Origin: a virus
Direction: 5' to 3' (one strand)
IMG/VR virus record: IMGVR_UViG_3300042402_002841
Coordinates: 1-64,000 of that record
DNA: 64,000 nucleotides
This document shows positions 38,869-49,000 of this stretch, in pieces; position 1 is the first letter of the stretch; every line of letters starts with the position of its first letter. A model generated the notes under the pieces. It ran no database searches. It saw nothing but the letters and a program-made list of their open reading frames with translations, and was not told the DNA's origin. Both the position numbers and the translations under genes were made by a program.

Positions 38869-39505
38869 ATTAAACGCTAACACGCCACCCATTCACTGTT
38901 ATGTGAGAGGGAACTTCCTGACAAACCAAAAACATAGTCACGACCTAAAGTTTCCTGTTGTTATCTTTGGTGTTGCGTCTATAACCGACAGGGCACCAGT
39001 TTTCCACTTCTTGATGGAAGATGGGGGGATTTGGTGGAGAGCGCCAATTAATGCTTTCTGCATGTACGAGGACAGCCCTATTGTGGACATTCATGACTTA
39101 GTAATGTGGAACTGCTTCTCTCCGTACATCACCGTTACAACATTTGAACATATGCGAGGTAGGTCAATGACTTATGTTGACCGCCACAGAAAAGATGTGA
39201 ATGGTAAGTACATGTTCACTCTTGACTGGCACCACCCAGATAACAACATTGTTGACTCTAATTACTCAATAAATTCAGCCAACCACAAGTGCGGTCATGT
39301 TATTGAGCGTGAAGATGGCAACTTTGCTATCCAACCAAACAATCGTGTCCACCTTTGGGACCCCTCCCACACAACCAAGAAGGGCGTTCATCTAATTGAC
39401 CGTGAAGTAAGTGACTATATTTGGGGCGTAGAAGACGGCTCTAAATGGCTCACCTCTGACGATAATTTGTATCACTACGACATTCAGGATGTGGAAAATG
39501 GCTGA
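38861..39505 (+). CDS. conserved phage hypothetical protein
   Basis: WNCFS...YMFTLDW...HKCGH...GNFAIQPNNR pattern. Confidence 0.7.
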   Translation: MPELNANTPPIHCYVRGNFLTNQKHSHDLKFPVVIFGVASITDRAPVFHFLMEDGGIWWRAPINAFCMYEDSPIVDIHDLVMWNCFSPYITVTTFEHMRGRSMTYVDRHRKDVNGKYMFTLDWHHPDNNIVDSNYSINSANHKCGHVIEREDGNFAIQPNNRVHLWDPSHTTKKGVHLIDREVSDYIWGVEDGSKWLTSDDNLYHYDIQDVENG

Positions 39506-39701
39506 TTACGATTTTGGCTCCACTGGAATCCAAATTAAAGGCGGAGATTCCTACCATGTTGTTAAAGTCTTCAACAAAGATGAGTGGCTTCTTCTTCGTA
39601 AGCGAGATGGGCAGTTCTATCAGGCTGCATCCTTTGTTTCCCCAGATGAGGCTCGTGCATTTATAAATGCATGCGATTTGACTCTGGATAAAATTAAATG
39701 A
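39498..39701 (+). CDS. hypothetical protein
   Basis: ORF. Confidence 0.45.
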   Translation: MADYDFGSTGIQIKGGDSYHVVKVFNKDEWLLLRKRDGQFYQAASFVSPDEARAFINACDLTLDKIK

Positions 39702-39761
39702 AATACGCTGTTTATGTGTATTCAAAAAAAAAAATCTTACAATAGATAAGGAAAATAAAAA

Positions 39762-40154
39762 ATGAAAAAATTACTTGCAGTTGCTCTTATTACATTAAGT
39801 GTTTCCGCTTGTGGAACCAGAACGGTTGTCGTTGAAAAGGAGCCAGAAATTACTACGGCACCTGTTCAGGATGTGCCGCAAAGCAGTTCAGAGAGAGAGC
39901 AAAACTTTCTTAATGGATTAACCTCTAGCCACCCAACACAGGTGTCACGACTTGGTAAAGCAGGTGTGCTGAATCTCGGTCTCTTGACATGCGAGACAAT
40001 TGATGAAGGCTCTACGCTCGCAGATTTTGTTCAAATGGCTGAGGACACTGGTGTTGATGCTGGATTTATTGGTGCACTAATTCGTGAAGCGGTTGAAAAC
40101 TTTTGCCCCCAAAACCAATGGTTTATTGATTCCGCACTAAATAGCGGAGCCTAA
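39762..40154 (+). CDS. lipoprotein, DUF732-like
   Basis: Lipobox VSAC; FL..L..G..TC..ID.G...AVENFCP pattern. Confidence 0.7.
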   Translation: MKKLLAVALITLSVSACGTRTVVVEKEPEITTAPVQDVPQSSSEREQNFLNGLTSSHPTQVSRLGKAGVLNLGLLTCETIDEGSTLADFVQMAEDTGVDAGFIGALIREAVENFCPQNQWFIDSALNSGA

Positions 40155-40160
40155 AAACTG

Positions 40161-40247
40161 GGAGAGGTGACCGAGTGGCCGAAGGTACTTGTCTTGAAAA
40201 CAAGCGTAGGTTTACGCCTACCGTGGGTTCAAATCCCACTCTCTCCG
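40161..40247 (+). tRNA. tRNA-Ser(UGA)
   Basis: Acceptor GGAGAGG/TCTCTCC; anticodon arm CTTGT-CTTGAAA-ACAAG; long variable arm; GGTTCAAATCC. Confidence 0.92.
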
Positions 40248-40496
40248 CATTATGAACAAAGAATACGAACAAGCATTAAAAATGATTGCAGACGCAATCA
40301 CCAATAAAGAATTAACTCCTAAGCAACACAAGATGATGGACGACAAACTTAGGTCTGGATGGCCAGAGTTGTGGCGTGCAGTTCACTATGCTGCTGATGT
40401 TTATAAGGAAAACAATGATTAGTATTCTTGTAGACCTTGAGCCCGTAATCCAAATTTGGGTTTTGGGTACTTTAATATTCTATAAATACATGAAAT

Positions 40497-40997
40497 TTAC
40501 TGGCATTTTTTCAACTGCAAACCAAGCAAATAGGTAACGAGTTCATCCATGCTACGCAAATCAGACTTACTGACAATATAAAAATTGTCGGTCAGTTTCT
40601 GTTTTTTATCATACAGACTTTTTTTAGCCCATCTATTTTTTGATGATGGTCCAACTGCAAGCATCGCTCCAGTCGGTTTGCTTCTGAGTATGTAGGCAAC
40701 TGGCTTAGTTATCTTGTCTTCATAACTACTAACTGTGTCAACAATTGTTGTTGGAAACGGAAACTCTTTTGGTTCCCAGGAAAAATTAATGCTGACATTT
40801 TTTACTTCAAGAACATGTGGGATAAGGTTCAAGATTATGTCCTGCTCCTCAAGTGTCAATTTTCTACGCTCTTCTGCTGTTTTTGCAATTTGAAGTTCTG
40901 GAACCGTACATGGAATACCTCTATCGGTTAAGTATTTGGCAACAATTTTATTGTAAGAGTGACCTTCCGTAAAGGCTTTTATATAGTCGTAAGTCAT
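40497..40997 (-). CDS. hypothetical protein, possible PD-(D/E)xK fold
   Basis: DII...LEVK motif. Confidence 0.5.
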   Translation of the reverse strand: MTYDYIKAFTEGHSYNKIVAKYLTDRGIPCTVPELQIAKTAEERRKLTLEEQDIILNLIPHVLEVKNVSINFSWEPKEFPFPTTIVDTVSSYEDKITKPVAYILRSKPTGAMLAVGPSSKNRWAKKSLYDKKQKLTDNFYIVSKSDLRSMDELVTYLLGLQLKKCQ

Positions 40998-41046
40998 GTT
41001 TCTGTCCTTGATTCCTGACACAGTTTATGTGTATTGTTTCATACAT

Positions 41047-41119
41047 GCCCTCGTGGCGCAATGGATAGCGCAACGGACTTCTAATCCGCAGGTTGTAGGT
41101 TCAAATCCTGCCGAGGGCG
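41047..41119 (+). tRNA. tRNA-Arg(UCU)
   Basis: Acceptor GCCCTCG/CGAGGGC; CGGA-CTTCTAA-TCCG anticodon arm. Confidence 0.92.
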
Positions 41120-41125
41120 CGAATA

Positions 41126-41356
41126 TCACTTAGAAAGAAGTTTCTTGCCTATTGGTGTAACCTTTATACCTCTAGAGATACCTTCGGTAATAACTATGAT
41201 TCCATCGTCATGATATTTACGAAGAATCTTATAAATGGTTGAAGATGAAGAAACACCAACAAAAGAACCTATTTCCCGCATAGTGGGAGGATATCCATTT
41301 TCTTTTGTGTATTTACCAATGAATTCAACTACCTGTTTTTGCCGATTGTTTTGCAC
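41126..41356 (-). CDS. LexA-like N-terminal DNA-binding domain protein
   Basis: RQKQV..FI...NGYPPTMREIG..VGVSS.ST...SRGI; no peptidase domain. Confidence 0.8.
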   Translation of the reverse strand: MQNNRQKQVVEFIGKYTKENGYPPTMREIGSFVGVSSSSTIYKILRKYHDDGIIVITEGISRGIKVTPIGKKLLSK

Positions 41357-41723
41357 TTTGTAATTCCTTTCTAAGGTTTTCTCGTTTTATTGTTCTACGA
41401 ATAGATGCTCTTTTTGAGCGTAGATTGTCAACAAACTTTTCACGATGTTCATTCATGTAAACGGCAATATGGTATTCAGGTCCCCATATGTATGCTGGAT
41501 GAAGACCAAGTTTTGCTGAAAGATTTTCGGCATGATAGAGAGTTATTCCCTCTTGCATCCATCTATATATTGACTTTCTGGGTACGGAAATAGTTAGGGC
41601 TAAATGCGCTATTGCATGCTCAGTGTCTTGTAGTTGTTCTTCTCTCAGAAGTCTAAACATAGGTTCAATAGATAAAAGTATTTGTGGGGGGACTGGGGGT
41701 AGATGTTTGTATATGTCTTTCAC
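41325..41723 (-). CDS. HTH-like hypothetical protein
   Basis: SIYRWMQEG...LGLHPAYIWG. Confidence 0.55.
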   Translation of the reverse strand: MKDIYKHLPPVPPQILLSIEPMFRLLREEQLQDTEHAIAHLALTISVPRKSIYRWMQEGITLYHAENLSAKLGLHPAYIWGPEYHIAVYMNEHREKFVDNLRSKRASIRRTIKRENLRKELQSAKQSAKTGS

Positions 41724-41938
41724 TATTTTCCTAAATCTATGCCATATATTTTGCGAAAATCAGACTTGATTGGTTTGATTGCTTTTGGAGTTCCGTGCGT
41801 GGTATAGATGCGCCCACCTATATTGGAAGGTGGATAAATTCGGTAAACATTAGATTTTGTAACTTCAACACGAAATCCAATGCTTTCAATCTCTTTTAGA
41901 AGGGCTTTAAATTCTTTATTCCCGTGAGTTCTTGCCAT
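41723..41938 (-). CDS. HicA-like small protein
   Basis: KEFKALLKEIESIGFRVEVTKS...TTHGTP; resembles the HicA fold, but the canonical GSH is absent. Confidence 0.4.
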   Translation of the reverse strand: MARTHGNKEFKALLKEIESIGFRVEVTKSNVYRIYPPSNIGGRIYTTHGTPKAIKPIKSDFRKIYGIDLGK

Positions 41939-42041
41939 TTTCTTTCCTTTACGCAGTAAAAAGAAGGGTACAAACGGGGGCAATAAAAAACAACCCTCAA
42001 GCGAACAAATTTTCGCCTAAGGGTTGTTTTTGTTGAGATAT

Positions 42042-42383
42042 TTACTTTTTAAGCCAAGAAAACAGTTTCTTGAGAAGTCCCTTTTTGTTCTTTGCAATCT
42101 CTTTTGAAATTTTTTCTGCAATTTCGTTCACGACTTCTTCGGCCTTGTCTGCAGCATCTTCAATGATTTCAATAGCCTTATCTTCGTAGGCGTCAACATC
42201 AATACCGTGCTCTTCGGCAATCGCTTCCACTTTCGCATAAGCCTTCTTGACTGCATCCTTTTTAGGTGCAGTCTTCTTTGCTGTTGGCTTCTTCTTGGGG
42301 GCAGCCTTCTTTGCTGAAGTCTTCTTCTTCGCTGGAGCCTTCTTGGCTGCCTTCTTCTTTTCGGTTGGTTTTTGTACTGCCAT
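42042..42383 (-). CDS. histone-like Lys/Ala-rich protein
   Basis: AKKAPAKK-type repeats; terminator hairpin at about 41988-42031. Confidence 0.65.
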   Translation of the reverse strand: MAVQKPTEKKKAAKKAPAKKKTSAKKAAPKKKPTAKKTAPKKDAVKKAYAKVEAIAEEHGIDVDAYEDKAIEIIEDAADKAEEVVNEIAEKISKEIAKNKKGLLKKLFSWLKK

Positions 42384-42454
42384 TTTCCTGTCCTGTGATG
42401 TTGAAATTTTTACACTTATGTATCACAAACTATAGCATGTTCATGAACTAGTGT

Positions 42455-43090
42455 ATGTACATGGACGACACCTATCCAGATGAATTTTCAAAAATTGCAC
42501 TAGCATTGACATCCGCTCAATTAGCCAAACAAGACTTTGTTGGCGAATCGGGAATCGGTGAAGATTTGGCATTTAATTTCATAGGCTGGAAAAGCGGAAA
42601 AATATTAACTATCGCTCAATTGGGTAAAGACCACATGAAAGAACCGCCAATTGACAGACTTCAAAGATGCGCTGGCATGTTAAGAGTTATGAAAGGTTTT
42701 TGGGAGATAGATAGCATCTCAATGGTGGCCGAAGGTTACTGTTCGCCAGATATTGAGAAAACAAGAGGTTTAGATTTGCAGAAAGCATATCTTGATGATT
42801 CAACTGGTGTTGCGGAATGCATAACCATAACCCATGCTGAACCAGATGATTTTGGTGATGTTGAACTCACTCTTGTGTCAACAAGTTATGAGTACAGGGC
42901 TAATAGTAAAATGCACTTTAAGCCAATAACGGTTTATCCAAATGGAGCAGTAAAAACACTTCGTGACAAGAGTTATCCAGCATTACTGTACAAAACAGTA
43001 CTAGAGGATTATGTGGTTAACGAAAAAGACGAAGATGAAGCAGCGGAATCAATAAATAAAATGGGATTTCATCTTCAAGTGTTTTATTAG
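42455..43090 (+). CDS. hypothetical protein
   Basis: 211-aa ORF. Confidence 0.65.
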   Translation: MYMDDTYPDEFSKIALALTSAQLAKQDFVGESGIGEDLAFNFIGWKSGKILTIAQLGKDHMKEPPIDRLQRCAGMLRVMKGFWEIDSISMVAEGYCSPDIEKTRGLDLQKAYLDDSTGVAECITITHAEPDDFGDVELTLVSTSYEYRANSKMHFKPITVYPNGAVKTLRDKSYPALLYKTVLEDYVVNEKDEDEAAESINKMGFHLQVFY

Positions 43091-43162
43091 TACCCCTGGG
43101 TGGAATTGAACCACCTTAACGACCTTATAAGAGTCGCGTCTTAACCAGTAGACGACAGGGGC
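43091..43162 (-). tRNA. tRNA-Ile(UAU)
   Basis: Reverse complement GCCCCTG...CGACT-CTTATAA-GGTCG...GGTTCAATTCC...CAGGGGTA. Confidence 0.85.
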
Positions 43163-43177
43163 GTGTTAAAATTGGCT

Positions 43178-43480
43178 ATGTTTAGAGATTCATCTGTGGA
43201 AAAACTTGGGGATAACATTTCCATTTTAAGAGCAACTCGTGAGGCTTGTCCAGTGTGTGGACATCCTACTGGTGATTGCGATGGAGACAGTGGGCCACCA
43301 CAGAAAATTGTTGGTCTTGGAAATGTTATTGAATCATTAAAAGAGTCACAGACAGTTCTTGTTGAAGAAAATATTTATGAAGACCGCCAAATTACACCGT
43401 TTACAAAAGCAAAAGTAATAATTCATCACAAGGGTTCCTACATAACCCTTGAGCAAGCAAAAAATTTGGGCATTGCTTAG
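43178..43480 (+). CDS. hypothetical protein with CPVCGH motif
   Basis: ORF. Confidence 0.55.
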   Translation: MFRDSSVEKLGDNISILRATREACPVCGHPTGDCDGDSGPPQKIVGLGNVIESLKESQTVLVEENIYEDRQITPFTKAKVIIHHKGSYITLEQAKNLGIA

Positions 43481-43553
43481 ACAGGGGCAATTGCTCATCT
43501 ACCTGTATCATATACTTCTCGCAAGTTTAAAAAACAGAAAGTGGAGTATCAAG

Positions 43554-45599
43554 GTGTCTTCCTTTTTTTCATTCCGTCTATCAGAAGATTTCATAAACAG
43601 TTACAAAGATAAGAAATCTCCATTTGGTTATGTTGATGCGGGTGGAAATTCCGTTGGGGAAATTACTTTTCTTCGCACATACTCACGCTTAAAAGAAGAT
43701 GGCACAAAAGAAACATGGGTTGATGTTTGTGAGCGTGTTATTAACGGCATGTACTCACTTCAAAAAGACCATTGCAAATCAAATCGTCTTCCGTGGAATG
43801 ATTCAAAAGCGCAAGCCAGCGCAAAAGAAGCCTTTGAACGCCTCTTTCAGTTGAAGTGGACTCCACCAGGTCGTGGTCTTTGGGTTATGGGAACACCTTT
43901 GGTGAATGTTCAAAAGAACTCCGCTGCTCTTCAGAACTGTGCGTTTGTTTCAACTACCGAAATGACAAAGAACAACCCTGCAAAACCTTTTGCTTTTCTC
44001 ATGGAAGCATCAATGCTTGGTGTTGGCGTTGGGTTTGACAATAAGGGCGCAGACAAAGACTTCACCATCTACGAACCAACAAAGCCAGCAGTTACCGAGG
44101 TGATTGAAGATAGCCGTGAAGGATGGGTTGCTTCACTTGTATCCATCATTAACTCATATTTAAAGGCCGACCAGAGTCCTGTTGAATTTGATTACTCTCT
44201 TATCCGTCCTGCTGGAACACCAATCAAAACATTTGGTGGAACAGCCGCAGGGCATGCGTCTCTTGAGCGCTTACATAACCACATTCGTTCAATGTTTAAG
44301 GGTCGCAACGGAGAAAAGTTAACACGAGTAGATATTGCTGATATCGGAAACATGATTGGTGTTTGTGTTGTTTCTGGAAATGTTCGTCGCTCTGCTGAAT
44401 TACTAATTGGAAGTCTTGACGATAAAGATTTCTTAAACCTCAAAAACTCTGCAGTATTTCCTGAACGCAATTCATATGACGCAGATGCTCCAGGCTGGGG
44501 ATGGATGTCAAACAACTCTGTAGAAACATCTGTCGGGAAAGACCTTTCTGGAATTGTTGAAGGGATTGCACTTAATGGAGAGCCTGGAGTTATTTGGCTT
44601 GACATGTCTCGCAAGTACGGTCGTTTGGTTGACCCAGTAAACAACAAGGACTGGCGTGTTGCTGGTTACAATCCATGTGCAGAGCAGTCTCTTGAGTCTT
44701 ACGAATGTTGCACTCTTGTTGAAACATATCTGAACCGACATGAATCTTTGGACGACTACAAGCGCACACTCAAGTTTGCTTACTTGTACGCAAAGACCGT
44801 GACTCTTCTTCCTACACACTGGGAGGAGACAAACGCAATCATGCAGCGCAACCGTCGCATCGGTGCGTCAATGTCTGGTGTTGCAAACTTTGCTGACCGT
44901 GTAGGTATGCCAGTTCTTCGTGAATGGATGGATACTGGATACAACACGGTGAAAGCATACGATGTTTCTTACTCTGAGTGGCTTGGGATTCGTGAGTCAA
45001 TCAAGATGACGACAGTAAAGCCTTCAGGGACTGTTTCAATCCTTGCTGGTGAGTCTCCTGGAGTTCACTGGACACCAGGCGGAAAGTTCTTCAACCGAGC
45101 AATCCGCTTCGCAAATGATGACCCAATGCTTCCTTTGTTCAAGATGGCTAACTACCGTGTTGAGCCAGCATCAGAGTCTCCAGATACAACCTCTGTCGTA
45201 TTTTTTCCAATCAAGTCAGATGCGGAACGAGCAGAGAACGATGTAACTATCTTTGAGAAGATGTCTCTTGCTGCAGTTGCTCAGCGTTACTGGTCAGATA
45301 ATTCGGTGTCGGTTACTATTTCTTTTGATGCAGAAAAAGAAAAAGAACATATAGGCACTGTTCTTCATATGTATGACGGTCAACTTAAGACTGTTTCATT
45401 TTTACCTCAAGGTAATTTCACTTATCCGCAAATGCCTTATACGCAGATAACTGAAGAGGAATATCTTGAAGAAACCAATAATCTTTTCCCTATTGACTTT
45501 ACAGGTGTATACGCTGGAATGGCTGCCGATGCAATTGGGGAGTCTTATTGCACTACGGACTCCTGTGAGATAAAATTAATCAAGGACAATCAGGGGTAA
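43554..45599 (+). CDS. nrdJ: class II adenosylcobalamin-dependent ribonucleotide reductase
   Basis: RTYSR, PPGRGLW, NC, GNVRRSA, NPCAEQ, TVKPSGT and C-terminal CTTDSC motifs. Confidence 0.92.
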   Translation: MSSFFSFRLSEDFINSYKDKKSPFGYVDAGGNSVGEITFLRTYSRLKEDGTKETWVDVCERVINGMYSLQKDHCKSNRLPWNDSKAQASAKEAFERLFQLKWTPPGRGLWVMGTPLVNVQKNSAALQNCAFVSTTEMTKNNPAKPFAFLMEASMLGVGVGFDNKGADKDFTIYEPTKPAVTEVIEDSREGWVASLVSIINSYLKADQSPVEFDYSLIRPAGTPIKTFGGTAAGHASLERLHNHIRSMFKGRNGEKLTRVDIADIGNMIGVCVVSGNVRRSAELLIGSLDDKDFLNLKNSAVFPERNSYDADAPGWGWMSNNSVETSVGKDLSGIVEGIALNGEPGVIWLDMSRKYGRLVDPVNNKDWRVAGYNPCAEQSLESYECCTLVETYLNRHESLDDYKRTLKFAYLYAKTVTLLPTHWEETNAIMQRNRRIGASMSGVANFADRVGMPVLREWMDTGYNTVKAYDVSYSEWLGIRESIKMTTVKPSGTVSILAGESPGVHWTPGGKFFNRAIRFANDDPMLPLFKMANYRVEPASESPDTTSVVFFPIKSDAERAENDVTIFEKMSLAAVAQRYWSDNSVSVTISFDAEKEKEHIGTVLHMYDGQLKTVSFLPQGNFTYPQMPYTQITEEEYLEETNNLFPIDFTGVYAGMAADAIGESYCTTDSCEIKLIKDNQG

Positions 45600-45677
45600 T
45601 TACGCATCCTGACCCCGTGTTGATGTATTATTTACAGAGAGCGCCGAAAGGCTAAAAAGAGAACATTAGGAGTTCAA

Positions 45678-46064
45678 ATGTCAGCAATTATTGCACCACA
45701 AACCATTACCCTTACCATCCCAGGAACGCTTAGCACCAGCAGCATCGTTTCAGCAGTAATGCCTTTTAAGGGTGTTATTCTTGACGCTTATGTGGCTGTT
45801 ACTACTGCTCCAGTAGGTTCCGCCTTGACTGCAGACCTCAAGGTTGGCAACGATGTGGCAGCAGCGTTTTCAATCGCAGCCGCTGGAACATCTGACCAAG
45901 GAACGCTTACTGCAGCAAATGTTGACTTCGCAAAGGGCGATATTGTGAGCCTTGATGTGTCAGCGGTTGGCTCAAGCACCGCAGGCGCAAACATGACTGT
46001 CACATTTACTGTTACCGAGGCTTCAGAGGCAACAAAGACCGCTGACCCTTCATACAACGACTAA
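45678..46064 (+). CDS. small beta-rich protein, possibly a virion component
   Basis: Thr/Ala/Val-rich; followed by a terminator. Confidence 0.5.
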   Translation: MSAIIAPQTITLTIPGTLSTSSIVSAVMPFKGVILDAYVAVTTAPVGSALTADLKVGNDVAAAFSIAAAGTSDQGTLTAANVDFAKGDIVSLDVSAVGSSTAGANMTVTFTVTEASEATKTADPSYND

Positions 46065-46079
46065 TAATCAAAACTAAAG

Positions 46080-46120
46080 AAAAACCCCGCCCTCTTAATT
46101 GAGTGGCGGGTTTTTTTTTA
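46080..46120. terminator. bidirectional intrinsic terminator
   Basis: AAAAACCCCGCC...GGCGGGTTTTTTTTT between convergent genes. Confidence 0.8.
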
Positions 46121-46816
46121 TTATTTCTTTTTCTTAGAGTTTTCGTATCTCTCTAAAAGTCTTCTTCCTTTAGCGGCTAACGCTGCTGCGTCCGACCTGT
46201 CCTGAGGCACTGGTTCGCCCCATGCTGCGGCTGAAAGTGCAAGGCGCGTAGGACGACCCTTTTCGTCTTTCATGGGCCCAGAAGGGTTTGTGAAGAATCT
46301 GGTGAGGAATGAGCCTTTTCTGCGCAACTTCTCTGGCGTATCCGCTCTTCCTTTTACCCCAGGCTTAAGGTTTGCACCTTCTTTTCTCTTGAAGTATCTT
46401 CTACCAGCGGCAGTAAGGCCACCCTTGGGATTTTTTAATTTTGCCGATTTTGTCCCTAGTCCCATTTTTTGTCTTGCGTGCAGTTTGGAGACCTCATTAT
46501 TAATGCTCTTTTTTTGAAATGCTTCACCATCAAATGACTCAACCAACCATTTGACTTGAGCAATATTTCCTATTGCTGTTCTGTCTTCAAAATGTCTATT
46601 AGCCCAAGACTCGCGAAGATTCAATACTTCAACCTGTTCTGGCGTTAATGCATAACCATCATTTCCTAGAATTTCCATTAAAATCTCATGGGCTTCGTCA
46701 GATTTTTGTCCGCCAGACATTGACCAAACTTCTGGATATTGATGCTTTAAGTCAAGGGAATAGTTAATGTCAAAAAAGGCCCACTTGCTTTCCGATACAT
46801 GGTAGATGTCTTGCAT
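46121..46816 (-). CDS. DUF6321-like domain protein
   Basis: KNPKGGLTAAGR..NLKP..RKGSF..RF..GPMKDEKGRPTRLAL pattern. Confidence 0.65.
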   Translation of the reverse strand: MQDIYHVSESKWAFFDINYSLDLKHQYPEVWSMSGGQKSDEAHEILMEILGNDGYALTPEQVEVLNLRESWANRHFEDRTAIGNIAQVKWLVESFDGEAFQKKSINNEVSKLHARQKMGLGTKSAKLKNPKGGLTAAGRRYFKRKEGANLKPGVKGRADTPEKLRRKGSFLTRFFTNPSGPMKDEKGRPTRLALSAAAWGEPVPQDRSDAAALAAKGRRLLERYENSKKKK

Positions 46817-46963
46817 TATTTACCTTCTCCATAAACGGCTTTTTTGGCTTCTTCAAAAGAATTTTCTGAATCCGAATTAAGAGCAATAGTCATAAAGTCG
46901 TGAAAGTCTTGTTGCCTTTTTCTGTCTGCTTGTATTGCTTTTTCAAACTCTTCAGGGCTTGCG

Positions 46964-47176
46964 TTAGGCGAAATCTTCATTACCCGACTCCCTGTCTTCC
47001 TGCTCTTTTTTTAGTTGATTCCACGGGTTATTGGGCGATTCGTGAAATGGCTTTGAAGGGCGTTTCAGGGATTCCATCATCTGTTCCCGACTAAACCCTA
47101 TTGAGTTCTTTTTTACAAACTTAGCAAAACTATCTTTGTCTTTGAATGCGTCTCTATTCGGAGTCGTCATATCCAT
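46964..47176 (-). CDS. hypothetical protein
   Basis: ORF downstream of the capsid gene. Confidence 0.5.
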   Translation of the reverse strand: MDMTTPNRDAFKDKDSFAKFVKKNSIGFSREQMMESLKRPSKPFHESPNNPWNQLKKEQEDRESGNEDFA

Positions 47177-47439
47177 CCTCGTGTTTTATCGTTTTTCTTT
47201 TTGTCGGCAATTTTATATTATTGTCAACAGCCCAATCTTCAAAATCTTCAGGCGTTCCTCTTAGTTTACTAGCGTACTTAATGTACTCGTCAAGAGGCTC
47301 TTCTTCGTCTTTTCTAGGCATAACAATTCCTATTTGTCATAAACAAATTGTAGTCCATAAATGCGAAAGGCTCGGGTACTACTCTTTTCAGAGTTTCCCC
47401 GAGCCCACGCCTAAGGTAGCGTTAGGTCGCTGTTATTGA

Positions 47440-48798
47440 TTATGCCGATGGGGCAGCGTCAAAGTCAACTTTCACGAACGACTCTGGACGCTTCACTGCA
47501 AGTGCCAAGCGCTGCTCTGCGAGCACCACGATGGCGTTGCGTACGAAGAAGTCTGAGTGCTGTTCCGAAATGCGGATTGAAGCCTGCTCGCGGTCGTACA
47601 ACTGGGCACCTGTACCGAATGCGCCGACAAGTGCGGTGCCTTCTGGGATTGCAGGGGTCTCAACGACTGGCAAACGCCAAACCTTTGGCTCGCCACCCAT
47701 TGCAACTGAAACTGCAACGAGGTACTGGCCATTGCCATCCTTGGTCAACTCAATGTCTTCCCAGTCGTTCGGGTGCAACACGACGCCTGATGGCTCGTAG
47801 TAAGCAAGGAATGAAAGGGTTGCTGCACGGCGGATTGCGTCTGCCTTGGTGTCTGACATGCCTGCTGTTGGTGAGTAGAAACCATCTGACCATGCGTATT
47901 CCTGGATACCAGTGGTCTGAAGAACACCAGTCAAGTTTTCGCCTGTGCCGTCGCCGTTAAGGATTTGAGCATCTTCCTGAAGACGGAGACCGTACATCAG
48001 TTCGTTGTCAATGATTGAACGCAACTGTGGCTCGTCTGCGAGCACATTGCGGTGTGCTGCTTCCCAGTGAGCGATGGTGCGAACTGGAGCCTGGTGGCCT
48101 TCAAACACCATTGACGACTGTGGCTTAGCAGCGAATGCTGTATTGCCAGAGTTACGCTCAGCAACGGTACCTGCGTTGTTCGTGCCACCACCAGCAGTGG
48201 TGAAGCCGAGCATGCGGAAGTATTCAATAACTGCAGCGGTTGTCGTACGGGTTGGGAAAAGGTCACGGACTCGCTTCACACGCTGTGGTGGGATAACGAT
48301 TGGGTCACGCTGGATTGTTCCGAATTGTGCGTCTGCACCACGGCCCATTGTGCCTGATGGAAGGGCTGAGTAAACATCCTTCACATTAAATGCACCGTGT
48401 GTGGTGAGTGATGAGCCCAATTGGAATGGCGATGGCATGTTTGCACCATTGCGTCCACCTGCGAGGGCCTTGAATTCTGCTGAATCAAGGAACAATTGGC
48501 CGATTGAGTTTGAAGAACCAAGGCTCTTCACTGAGTATCCAGCGGCTGCTGCTGCTGCGATTGACTCTGCTGGTGCCTGTGAGCCCCAGTTGTCAACGGT
48601 GTTCATTGCCTCAAGACCCTCAATGAGGCCCTTGATTTCCTTGATGTCTTGCATGTTCTTGTCAAATGCGCTCTTTTGCTGAGCGTTGACAACAACAGTT
48701 CCATCTTCAATACGGAATGAGTCTGCAATTGCCTTGTTGTCGGCCATCTTGGCACGAAGGGCGGATTGCAATTCTGTAAGTCTTGCTTGGTCTGACAT
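47440..48798 (-). CDS. major capsid protein, HK97 fold
   Basis: Coiled-coil delta-domain-like N-terminus; RVRDLF, VRTIAHW, QILNGDGTGENLTG, LHPNDW, FVRN..VLAEQRLAL.V.RP motifs. Confidence 0.92.
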   Translation of the reverse strand: MSDQARLTELQSALRAKMADNKAIADSFRIEDGTVVVNAQQKSAFDKNMQDIKEIKGLIEGLEAMNTVDNWGSQAPAESIAAAAAAGYSVKSLGSSNSIGQLFLDSAEFKALAGGRNGANMPSPFQLGSSLTTHGAFNVKDVYSALPSGTMGRGADAQFGTIQRDPIVIPPQRVKRVRDLFPTRTTTAAVIEYFRMLGFTTAGGGTNNAGTVAERNSGNTAFAAKPQSSMVFEGHQAPVRTIAHWEAAHRNVLADEPQLRSIIDNELMYGLRLQEDAQILNGDGTGENLTGVLQTTGIQEYAWSDGFYSPTAGMSDTKADAIRRAATLSFLAYYEPSGVVLHPNDWEDIELTKDGNGQYLVAVSVAMGGEPKVWRLPVVETPAIPEGTALVGAFGTGAQLYDREQASIRISEQHSDFFVRNAIVVLAEQRLALAVKRPESFVKVDFDAAPSA

Positions 48799-49000
48799 TA
48801 TATTTTTTTCTCCTGGTAAAGGTTGTTTTTTTGGATATAGGAACGGCCCAGGTAAGCACCAAGCCCTGTATTAAAAATGATAACGCTAATTATGGTTGAG
48901 TAGTGGAAGTATGGTGTCTTTATTGTTGTTTTTTACTATTATGACATTAAGGGTAAAAATATAGTTTTGCTATACTTTTGTTAAAGAATTGTGTTAATTT

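Noticed and set aside
43554-45599. Intein or intron in nrdJ
   Set aside because: The ORF is continuous, of normal length, with no intein motifs.
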